Shown here: positions 55,950-64,000 of the stretch, in pieces | How the letters are laid out: the number at the start of each line of letters is the position of its first letter | Numbering within the stretch: position 1 is the first letter of the stretch | Source: Candidatus Uhrbacteria bacterium | GTDB taxonomy: Bacteria > Patescibacteriota > Patescibacteriia > UBA9934 > GWF2-40-263 | Reading direction: 5' to 3' | Assembly: GCA_037131775.1 (NCBI GenBank) | Contig: JBAXQK010000001.1 | Span: 76,708 to 140,707, forward strand | DNA length: 64,000 bases | Made by a program: the position numbers and the translations under genes | The notes under the pieces: generated by a model | What the model was told of the DNA's origin: nothing | Databases searched by the model: none | Seen by the model: the letters and a program-made list of their open reading frames with translations, nothing else

Positions 55950-56720
55950 ATGCAGAAGCATTTTCCGAGCATCAGAACGCCATACGAGGCCAGGTCTGCG
56001 TCCGATGACGCGCGAAGAAACGCGAAAGGGATCGCGTTCAGCATTGGACTCGTGGTTGCCAACACGGCCAACATCGGATGGGTTGCAAACACGTGGTTCC
56101 ACATCCTGAGCTCCCATCCGACCGTCGGACTGTTCCTTGGGTCCTCTGCCGCCGGGACGTTCCTTCTCGCCTACCACGGCTGGCTTCTCGTCAGTCTCCG
56201 ACGCTCGTTCCATGCGCGGAAGATCGTCAAGAGCGTCGACGGCGGCACGGCATGCGATCCGAAGATCGCCGACGCGCTGACAATCGTCGGCATCTCGCTC
56301 GTCACGGCGGTCGAGCGGTACGACGCGATGGTCAAGCGGTGGAGGGCATACGAGGACGGCGTCGGGCTCGAGCTCATCGATCGCCTTCCCGACGAGGATA
56401 CGATCCGCGACGCGATGGTCACGGCGGGAGAGGAGCTGGAGGCGTACGCAAAGGGGATCGACCTTCTCTTCAGGCGCCGGGCCCTCATCAAGGAGCTGTC
56501 CGCGTCGGCCGTCACCAATCCGCTCCCGACGTTCTCATCGACCCTCGACAATCTCCGCCTCGCCGACGAGCGTCTCAAGAACGCGTTCGCCCTGCGCGAA
56601 AACCTCCCCGCCGTCGACCCCGAGCGCCTCCTCGCCGAGCCGCTCAACCTCGCCAAGCTCAACGCGCTGGACAAGGACATGGCAAGGATCCCCGTCCCTG
56701 CGCAACTCACGAACGGCTAA
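55950..56720 (+). CDS. Hypothetical membrane-anchored helical protein (paralog 2)
   Basis: Same architecture as 54742-55347. GGAG RBS upstream. C-terminus ...AQLTNG followed by the same terminator cassette. Confidence 0.35.
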   Translation: MQKHFPSIRTPYEARSASDDARRNAKGIAFSIGLVVANTANIGWVANTWFHILSSHPTVGLFLGSSAAGTFLLAYHGWLLVSLRRSFHARKIVKSVDGGTACDPKIADALTIVGISLVTAVERYDAMVKRWRAYEDGVGLELIDRLPDEDTIRDAMVTAGEELEAYAKGIDLLFRRRALIKELSASAVTNPLPTFSSTLDNLRLADERLKNAFALRENLPAVDPERLLAEPLNLAKLNALDKDMARIPVPAQLTNG

Positions 56721-56776
56721 ATGGCCGTTCTTTTTTTCGAAATCGAAAATCCGCCGCATTTGCGGCGGATTATTGT
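56703..56776. terminator. Bidirectional terminator region: + strand AACGGC-taaatg-GCCGTT + T7; - strand TCCGCCGC-attt-GCGGCGGA followed by a T-rich run
   Basis: Two adjacent perfect stems between the convergent paralog-2 and T4CP-like genes. Confidence 0.55.
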
Positions 56777-56778
56777 AT

Positions 56779-59013
56779 CTAGTCGAACTTGATCGTCTGG
56801 CCCGAGTAGACCGTACCGGTCTTCAGCGGAACCCAGCCGTCGTTGTCGTCGGATGGCGACGGGGCGATCGGCGCGGGTGGTTTCGGGGTTGGGGCGGGCG
56901 TCGTGACGGGAGTCGGAACCGGAGCCGGATTACTACCAACGCTCGGTGTTGGCAGTTGCGGTTTGGGAGCGACGGGTTGTTGTAGGTGTGGGTTTGAGTT
57001 GTTTGTAGTTTGTGGCGCTACGGGCGGCCGAGGCTTCGGATTCTGCAGGAACGCCTGTGGGGAATTCGGGCCGCCGGTGCCCTTGTTAGGGCGCTTGCGT
57101 CGCGTGTCCTTGCCTGGGACGAAGGGGCGCGGTCCTGTCGCGGCCGGGGTTGGCTGCGGTTGTCGCGGAGTCGACGGAGAGCCGTGCGTCGCGGCAACCG
57201 CGATCGGCGCGGCTGACGTGACCGTCGGGGGGCTGTTCAGCGGGGATGAGAGCATTTGGGACATGAAGTCGGTCGCGGGCGCTGGCGTCGAGACGACGGG
57301 CTTCGGCGCGACGACCACCCCTGACCCCTCCTGCCTATCAGGAGGGGAAACGTGCTTGATGACCGGGGCTGCCGGGGGCCTGGCGACTGGGGCCAATGCG
57401 GTGAGCGATACGGACGACACGGGACGGGCCGCCGCGACGGGCGGACGATCGACGGGCGCGCTGTCCAACGAGCGCAATGGCGGCGGAGGCGGGGACGGCG
57501 GGCGCCTCGTGTCCTTGCGATCCTTCCCTTTCGCGCGTTCCTCCTTCACAATCTCGATGCACTCCTCGCAATAGATCGGACGGCTCGTGTCGAGCTGCAC
57601 CGCGAGCGCGATATCCTTGTTGCAGCGCGAACACTTATAGTCGAACCTTGGCTTCTTCGATCCTTTCGCATCTTTCTTCTTTGCTTCCATCTCCGCGACC
57701 ATCTTCCCGATGGACTCGTCGTCGCCCATCCCGGTCCACTTCATGATCTTGTCGGCGATCTCCTCGCGCGGCGTCGTGTACCGCTCGCGGCTCACCTTGA
57801 TCACCTTTTCCTCCGACCCGGTGCGCTTGGCAATCGGCGGAAGCGTCATTGCGGAGAACGGCTGGCTCGTGACGCCGTCGATGAGCAGCTTGAGATAAAT
57901 GTTGTACTTCGGCAGGTTGATAATGTCCTCCGGCAAAAAGCGCGGGGCAAACTCCGTTTCCATGTACGCGGCGTCCGGCGAACCGACGCGGAAGGTGACG
58001 ATCGTTCCGACGTTTCCAAACACCGCCTCGCGTACCTCGTCGGAGAGCTGGGCGATGTACTGGTGGGCCATCGTCAGGCAGAGGCGGTACTTGCGCGCCT
58101 CGGACAGGATGCCGGCGAACGATTCCGTCGCGAAGTTCTGGAACTCGTCCACGTACATGTAAAAGTCCTTGCGCTCGTGCTCCGGCTGGTCCACGCGTTC
58201 CATGGCCGACAGCTGCAGCTTCGTGATCAGAAGCCCTCCGAGAAGGCGCATGTTGTCCTCGCCGATGCGGCCCTTCGACAGGTTGATGATCAGGATCTTC
58301 TGCTCGTCCATCAGCTGGCGGATGTTGATGGTCGACTTTACCTGGGCGACGATGTTGCGAATGACCGAGGCGGACAAAAACTGACCGATCTTGTTCTGGA
58401 TCGGGGCCACGGCCTCCTGCGCGTACTTCTCCTGGTAGCTGGCGAATTCCACCAGCCAGAACTGCTTCACCACCGGATCCTGCACGTTCGCGACGATCTT
58501 GCGTCGGAAGTCCGCGTCGGACAGCATGCGATTGATCCCAAGCAGCGTCGACCCCGGGTTGTCGAGCAGCGCGAGGATCGCGTTGTTCAAAATGTACTCC
58601 ATGCGCGCGCTCCAGAGGTTCTCCCAGAGCTTCTTGAACACGCCCATCATTCCGGACGCGACCAGGTGCTTCGTCTTCTCGCTGACCGTCTCCAAGATGT
58701 TGAATCCGATCGGAAAATCAAGGTCGGCCGGATTGAAGTAGATGACGTCGTTTATGCGCCAGCTCGGGATATAGTCGATAAGCCGCTCGGCCGTGTCGCC
58801 GTGCGGGTCGATGTACGCGCATCCGTGACCGGCATAGATGTCGGTAAGGATGAGATTTTCGAGCAGAACCGTCTTGCCCATGCCCGTCTTTCCGATCACG
58901 TACACGTGGCGGCGGCGGTCATCGGTCTTAACGCCAAATTTCCGCATCTGATTGCGGAAATTGGTGCGCGCGAAATAGTTTACCTCGTTCTCGTGATCGT
59001 GGGCGTAGCTCAT
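56779..59013 (-). CDS. Type IV secretion coupling-protein-like P-loop ATPase (TraD/TraG/VirD4 family), soluble, with C-terminal zinc ribbon and Pro-rich tail
   Basis: Walker A GKTGMGKT; DPHGD; Walker B YVDEFQNF; ...ARKYRLCLTMAHQYIAQL... like the T4CP C-terminal motif; CSRCN...CEEC ribbon. The tail contains family-1 copy F. Confidence 0.5.
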   Translation of the reverse strand: MSYAHDHENEVNYFARTNFRNQMRKFGVKTDDRRRHVYVIGKTGMGKTVLLENLILTDIYAGHGCAYIDPHGDTAERLIDYIPSWRINDVIYFNPADLDFPIGFNILETVSEKTKHLVASGMMGVFKKLWENLWSARMEYILNNAILALLDNPGSTLLGINRMLSDADFRRKIVANVQDPVVKQFWLVEFASYQEKYAQEAVAPIQNKIGQFLSASVIRNIVAQVKSTINIRQLMDEQKILIINLSKGRIGEDNMRLLGGLLITKLQLSAMERVDQPEHERKDFYMYVDEFQNFATESFAGILSEARKYRLCLTMAHQYIAQLSDEVREAVFGNVGTIVTFRVGSPDAAYMETEFAPRFLPEDIINLPKYNIYLKLLIDGVTSQPFSAMTLPPIAKRTGSEEKVIKVSRERYTTPREEIADKIMKWTGMGDDESIGKMVAEMEAKKKDAKGSKKPRFDYKCSRCNKDIALAVQLDTSRPIYCEECIEIVKEERAKGKDRKDTRRPPSPPPPPLRSLDSAPVDRPPVAAARPVSSVSLTALAPVARPPAAPVIKHVSPPDRQEGSGVVVAPKPVVSTPAPATDFMSQMLSSPLNSPPTVTSAAPIAVAATHGSPSTPRQPQPTPAATGPRPFVPGKDTRRKRPNKGTGGPNSPQAFLQNPKPRPPVAPQTTNNSNPHLQQPVAPKPQLPTPSVGSNPAPVPTPVTTPAPTPKPPAPIAPSPSDDNDGWVPLKTGTVYSGQTIKFD
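57313..57351. repeat. Family-1 palindromic element copy F (variant 2), in-frame in the T4CP-like gene tail
   Basis: GACCACCCCTGACCCCTCCTGCCTATCAGGAGGGGAAAC encodes (minus strand) VSPPDRQEGSGVVV. Confidence 0.9.
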
Positions 59014-60668
59014 ACGGGAAGGTTCGGGGGAATACCGTCGTCGACCCATCCTGGCGGCGGTCCGGGGAGCTCAACGTCGGCGGGAGGACCCATGTCAACC
59101 GCGTCGAGCCCGTCCTCGCCTTCCTCGTCAGGAGTAAACTGATGCGCGGATGCGGGAGCCTCGGACGGTTCCATTCCAGGCAGCCGGATTTCCGGCTCCT
59201 GCGCCGTTTCATGCGATTGAACGTGCGAACCATGGTCCTCATGCGCACCGCCCCCATGCGACTCCGCCACTCCACCCTGGTGCGCGGACAAAACCGGGGC
59301 ATGCGCGGAAACCGGCATGCGGGTCGGCATCGAGTGATGGTCGACGTCGTCGGATCCAATCGGCAGGCCAACCGGCGGCTCGGCGCGCTTGGCGTCGGCC
59401 TTCTTCACGAGCGGCGCCTTCACCGTGATCGACGGGAAATGCCACAGCGTGGCAAGCTCCTCGATGTTGAGCGTCCATGCTTCCGCGCCAATTCCCCATG
59501 ATCGGTTGCGGAACGCGCGAACGAGTCTCCCTTGCCTGGTGGCATACGTCCATGCCTGCCAGAAATAGTCGTCCTTCGGCGTTGCATCGCCGTGCAATCC
59601 GAGCGAGTTCATGTTCAGGTGCGCGAACTGGTTGAACATCCCCTTTACGAACGCGGTGCGGGCCTGCTTGTCGTACACGCCCTTCTTTCCAATGTACACC
59701 AGTCGCATCTTGGTCTTGAATCCCACCTTGCCGATCTTCTTGAGAACGCCCTCAACCTGCTCTTTCTCGGCCATGGTAATCTTGAACGCCTTCCACATGT
59801 CTGGATCCTGCGCCGGCTTCGCATGTGGGTCCGCCGCCGTGGAAAACCCAAACGCTTCCATCGCGATGTCCGCCGGAATCGAGAGCGTGTTGCTGATCAA
59901 GTTTTCAAACATCCCCGGCTTGTGCTTTGCCTCGTTGCCGAACACTTTGTTGATAAAGTCCTCGCCCGCCTTCTTCCAGTCGTTCCCGTTCGGCTTGATA
60001 ATGATTTGAATCCAAAAGTGCTCGCCGACCTTCATTTTTGCCAATTGTTCCAAAATCGGTCCGAGCGGATCCTTCAGCTCGCCGGAAATCTTGTCCTCGA
60101 AGTCGGTATACGTGCGCAACGGAAAAATTTCCGGTTTCTTCAGGATAAGCTCGCTTCCCCACGTATCCCAGGTATCGTTCGGATATTCTCCCGGAGCCCA
60201 GGATGCATAGTCCTCGACTTCGGTTATTTCCGCTTCCGGATATGCCGCGTAGATGCCCGCCTCAACGACGTCGCGATACCGGGTTTGCACTCGCACGTAA
60301 TACTGGACATAGCCCTCGGTCGACACGATCTCGAACGAGAACGGAGACTGAAACTTTCCAATGATCCACTTTTCCTTCCAGGTCAGGTTCGAATACGATC
60401 CCCAAAGCGAGGAGAACATGTTCTCGAGCGCCTTCGGGGTCTGCTCCGTCATGGGAGGAACGTCGATCGCCAGCAGAGCGAATTTGAGCGAGGCCGCGTA
60501 CTTTTCCTGACGGGTGACCTCCCAAACTTTAGTGATTCCCCACAATATCGTAATAACGATTGGGACCCATCCAAACCAAACGAGTATATCGTAGAGAACC
60601 ACGTCGATGGGTTGGTTCCAGAACAGCGGCGACGAAAGGGACGCAATGATGGATGCGGCGAAGAACAT
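59010..60668 (-). CDS. Hypothetical membrane protein (N-terminal TM helices, large extracytoplasmic domain, His-rich acidic C-terminal tail), translationally coupled to the T4CP-like gene
   Basis: Start at MFFAASIIASLSS... The only strong AAAGGAGGT seen in the window lies upstream. ATGA overlap with the downstream gene. C-terminus HGGGAHEDHGSHVQSHE. Confidence 0.4.
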   Translation of the reverse strand: MFFAASIIASLSSPLFWNQPIDVVLYDILVWFGWVPIVITILWGITKVWEVTRQEKYAASLKFALLAIDVPPMTEQTPKALENMFSSLWGSYSNLTWKEKWIIGKFQSPFSFEIVSTEGYVQYYVRVQTRYRDVVEAGIYAAYPEAEITEVEDYASWAPGEYPNDTWDTWGSELILKKPEIFPLRTYTDFEDKISGELKDPLGPILEQLAKMKVGEHFWIQIIIKPNGNDWKKAGEDFINKVFGNEAKHKPGMFENLISNTLSIPADIAMEAFGFSTAADPHAKPAQDPDMWKAFKITMAEKEQVEGVLKKIGKVGFKTKMRLVYIGKKGVYDKQARTAFVKGMFNQFAHLNMNSLGLHGDATPKDDYFWQAWTYATRQGRLVRAFRNRSWGIGAEAWTLNIEELATLWHFPSITVKAPLVKKADAKRAEPPVGLPIGSDDVDHHSMPTRMPVSAHAPVLSAHQGGVAESHGGGAHEDHGSHVQSHETAQEPEIRLPGMEPSEAPASAHQFTPDEEGEDGLDAVDMGPPADVELPGPPPGWVDDGIPPNLPV

Positions 60669-60739
60669 AGTAACGGAAGTATAGCATACCTCCTTTAAAG
60701 AAAAAAACGCCGGTGACCGACGTTTGAGACAAGAACCAA

Positions 60740-61657
60740 TCAATGGTTCGGAGCGCACTTGGGCTGACAGTATCCGGGGTGGCAGTTCGGCCTGCAAATT
60801 TCTTTCGGGTCGCAGGAATCGTCGTCGACCTTCGGCTGGCGCGCGATCATCTCGGCGCTGAAGGATGAGAGCGGGAGACCCTCCAGGATCGGTCGCAGGC
60901 CGGCGTGCACGTTGCCGGTCGGGAACGCGCGGCCGAAGACGCAGGGAAATGAGTCGCCGTTGATGTCCACGGCCAGGCGACCCTTGTAGCACTGGCCACA
61001 GAGGGCGGCCATCGGGTCTTCCTTCCACCCCGTGCTGCCATCGCGCTCGCCGCGACCGACCGCGCGAACGTGGTCGACGCCGACCTCCGTGACGCCAAGC
61101 GAACGAACGTACGCCAGCGCCTGGTCGATCCGGTCCGCGTTCTCGCCCTGTTCAATGACGCCCACGCGCACTTTGACGCCGCGGTCGACGAGATTGCGGA
61201 TCCCCTTCTCCGTGGCCGCGTGGCTCCCCGAGCGCATCGTGACGCGGTCGTGGGTATCGGCATCCTCGGCGTAGACGGAGACGGCGACGCGGGTTCCGAG
61301 CTCGCGGAAGAGGTCGGCCACGTCCTCCTTGAGGAATGTCGCGTTGGTGAACACCTCCACGTCCATCCCCGAGGCGTGCGCGGCGCGCAGCAGGGTCTGG
61401 AAGGACGGGTGGAGGAGCGGCTCTCCGCCGATGAACTGCACCCCCTTGCATCCGACGTCTCGTGCCTCGCCGATGAGGCCGATCCAGTCCTGCTCGGTCA
61501 TCGTGCCGGTCAGCTCCGCACTGGGGCTCGACTGGACATAGCAGTGCTGACAGGCGAGGTTGCACCGCTTGGTGACCTCCAGCCAGAGAAACTCGAGCAG
61601 CGGGACGGTCTGGAGCGGGAGAGGCGCGGAACAGTCTTGGGTCTGCGGGGTTTGCAT
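60740..61657 (-). CDS. Radical SAM enzyme with C-terminal Cys-rich auxiliary-cluster (SPASM/twitch-like) domain
   Basis: CNLACQHC (CxxxCxxC). C-terminal CGQCYKG...SFPCVF...CDPKEICRPNCHPGYCQPKCAPNH. Confidence 0.75.
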   Translation of the reverse strand: MQTPQTQDCSAPLPLQTVPLLEFLWLEVTKRCNLACQHCYVQSSPSAELTGTMTEQDWIGLIGEARDVGCKGVQFIGGEPLLHPSFQTLLRAAHASGMDVEVFTNATFLKEDVADLFRELGTRVAVSVYAEDADTHDRVTMRSGSHAATEKGIRNLVDRGVKVRVGVIEQGENADRIDQALAYVRSLGVTEVGVDHVRAVGRGERDGSTGWKEDPMAALCGQCYKGRLAVDINGDSFPCVFGRAFPTGNVHAGLRPILEGLPLSSFSAEMIARQPKVDDDSCDPKEICRPNCHPGYCQPKCAPNH

Positions 61658-61740
61658 GGTCGCACTTTGTCCAAAGCTCTGCTATTTCATACGGTTTTGC
61701 CTCAAGAAATTCGATGCATTACCGCATAAACTCTATAGAA

Positions 61741-61775
61741 AGCAAAGAACGCACCGATTGCAACACAATCAGTGC
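61741..61775 (-). terminator. Rho-independent terminator after secF (minus strand)
   Basis: GAACGCAC-(17-nt loop)-GTGCGTTC stem. On the minus strand it is followed by TTTGCTTTCT. Confidence 0.5.
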
Positions 61776-61796
61776 GTTCTGTAAATACCTCATGAC

Positions 61797-62693
61797 CTAT
61801 TTTTTCTTCATCATCTCCCACTCCACGAGCGCCGGGCTCGCGAAGAAGATCGACGAGTACGTTCCCACGAGAACGCCGATGAGCAGCGCCAGGGCGAACG
61901 GGCGGGTCGTTTCGCCGCCGATCACGAGGATCGAGGAGAGCGCGAGAAGCACGGTCACCGACGTGTTGATCGAACGAATGTACGTCTGCTGGATCGACTT
62001 TTCCACGATGTCCTCGAACGGCTCGCCGGTGTGGCGGGACAGGTTCTCGCGGGTCCGGTCGAACACGACGACCGTGTCGGAGATCGAGTAACCGAGGATG
62101 GTCAGCATGGCCGCGATGAACGCCGTGCCCACTTCCCAGTGCCAGTAATGGCCGATGACCGCGAAGACGCCGAGCGGAATGATGACGTCATGCGCCGCGC
62201 AGAGCACGGTGAGGATGCCGTACTTCCAGGAGGCGATCGGCTCGGAAACCTTTCGGAACGCCCAGGAGATGTAGAGGCCGATCAGCACGAGCGTGGTGAC
62301 GAGGCCGAGCAGCGCGGACTTGCGGAGCTCGTTGCCGATCACCGGGCCGATGGAATCGAACTTGTCCTCGGTAAAGTCGCCGAACTTCGCGTGAAGCGTC
62401 GTCAGAACGGCCTGGTGCTGTTCCTCGGTGAGCGACTGCAGGCGGACGAGCGCGCGATTGTCGGACGAGGACTGGACCGTCACGCTCTGCTCGCCGGAAT
62501 CGGTCAGGGCCGAGGTGATGTCCGCGGAAGACGGAGCGGCGTTCGCGAAGGAAAGCTCCATGAGCGATCCTCCCTTGAAGTCGATGGAGAACTGGAGGCC
62601 GAACACGGCGAGGGCGACGAAGCTGGCGACGATCGAGAGACCGGACAGGGCGAACCACCAGCGGCGCAGCCCGACGAAAGAGAATTTTTTCAT
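61797..62693 (-). CDS. secF: Protein translocase subunit SecF
   Basis: Six-TM SecF with periplasmic domain: ...IDFKGGS..., ...GYSISDTVVVFDRTREN.... Confidence 0.9.
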   Translation of the reverse strand: MKKFSFVGLRRWWFALSGLSIVASFVALAVFGLQFSIDFKGGSLMELSFANAAPSSADITSALTDSGEQSVTVQSSSDNRALVRLQSLTEEQHQAVLTTLHAKFGDFTEDKFDSIGPVIGNELRKSALLGLVTTLVLIGLYISWAFRKVSEPIASWKYGILTVLCAAHDVIIPLGVFAVIGHYWHWEVGTAFIAAMLTILGYSISDTVVVFDRTRENLSRHTGEPFEDIVEKSIQQTYIRSINTSVTVLLALSSILVIGGETTRPFALALLIGVLVGTYSSIFFASPALVEWEMMKKK

Positions 62694-62694
62694 A

Positions 62695-64000
<1,306 letters not shown>

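Noticed and set aside
60655-60745. Apparent 1-nt disagreement between my base counting of the printed sequence and the ORF-track coordinates around 60661-60743
   Set aside because: Most likely my own counting error. Coordinates in this interval follow the ORF track and may be off by 1 nt.
61658-61740. Small precursor-peptide ORF upstream of the radical SAM gene
   Set aside because: All three minus-strand frames contain stops within a few codons. No plausible RiPP precursor is present in the 80-nt leader.

Overview
High-GC (about 60-65%), very compact bacterial chromosome segment. Almost everything is coding, many neighbouring genes overlap by 4 nt (ATGA), there are several gene fusions and truncated core proteins, and Shine-Dalgarno motifs are rare. 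Gene content is housekeeping: the F1 ATP synthase gamma/beta/epsilon genes, a UvrD-like helicase-nuclease, mreBCD plus PBP2, greA, lysS, alr, an ftsQ-like gene, pgi, gltX, clpB, a priA-like gene, def-fmt, a surface-glycan cluster (O-antigen ligase-like, three glycosyltransferases, a flippase), a ribosomal protein/rpoA cluster (rpsI, rplM, rplQ, rpoA, rpsD, rpsK, rpsM, rpmJ, infA), alaS, murJ, a PduL-type phosphotransacylase, rlmD, era, mnmA, a type IV coupling-protein-like ATPase next to a radical-SAM enzyme, and secF/secD. The style (RpoA without a C-terminal domain, short AlaS, fusions, overlaps) suggests a reduced genome, possibly Patescibacteria/CPR-like; that is inference only. The most unusual content is three families of short structured repeats. 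First, a roughly 42-nt palindromic element occurs seven times, six of them in-frame inside protein-coding genes, always in the same orientation and frame, adding a PPP(H/D)R(E/Q)EGSGVV-type peptide; two sequence variants keep a perfect palindrome through compensatory changes. Second, a GGGACTAAAGTCCCTGGGAAT palindrome is inserted in-frame in two genes. Third, GTGAGT/ACTCAC-rich hairpins sit immediately upstream of start codons, including between the ATP synthase genes. Other points of note: a PriA homolog with no recognisable Walker A/B motifs that carries three of the palindromic elements, start codons recurrently preceded by CCUAUG, apparently leaderless promoters, a SecD carrying a parvulin-type PPIase domain, and a radical-SAM / membrane protein / T4CP-like ATPase cluster.
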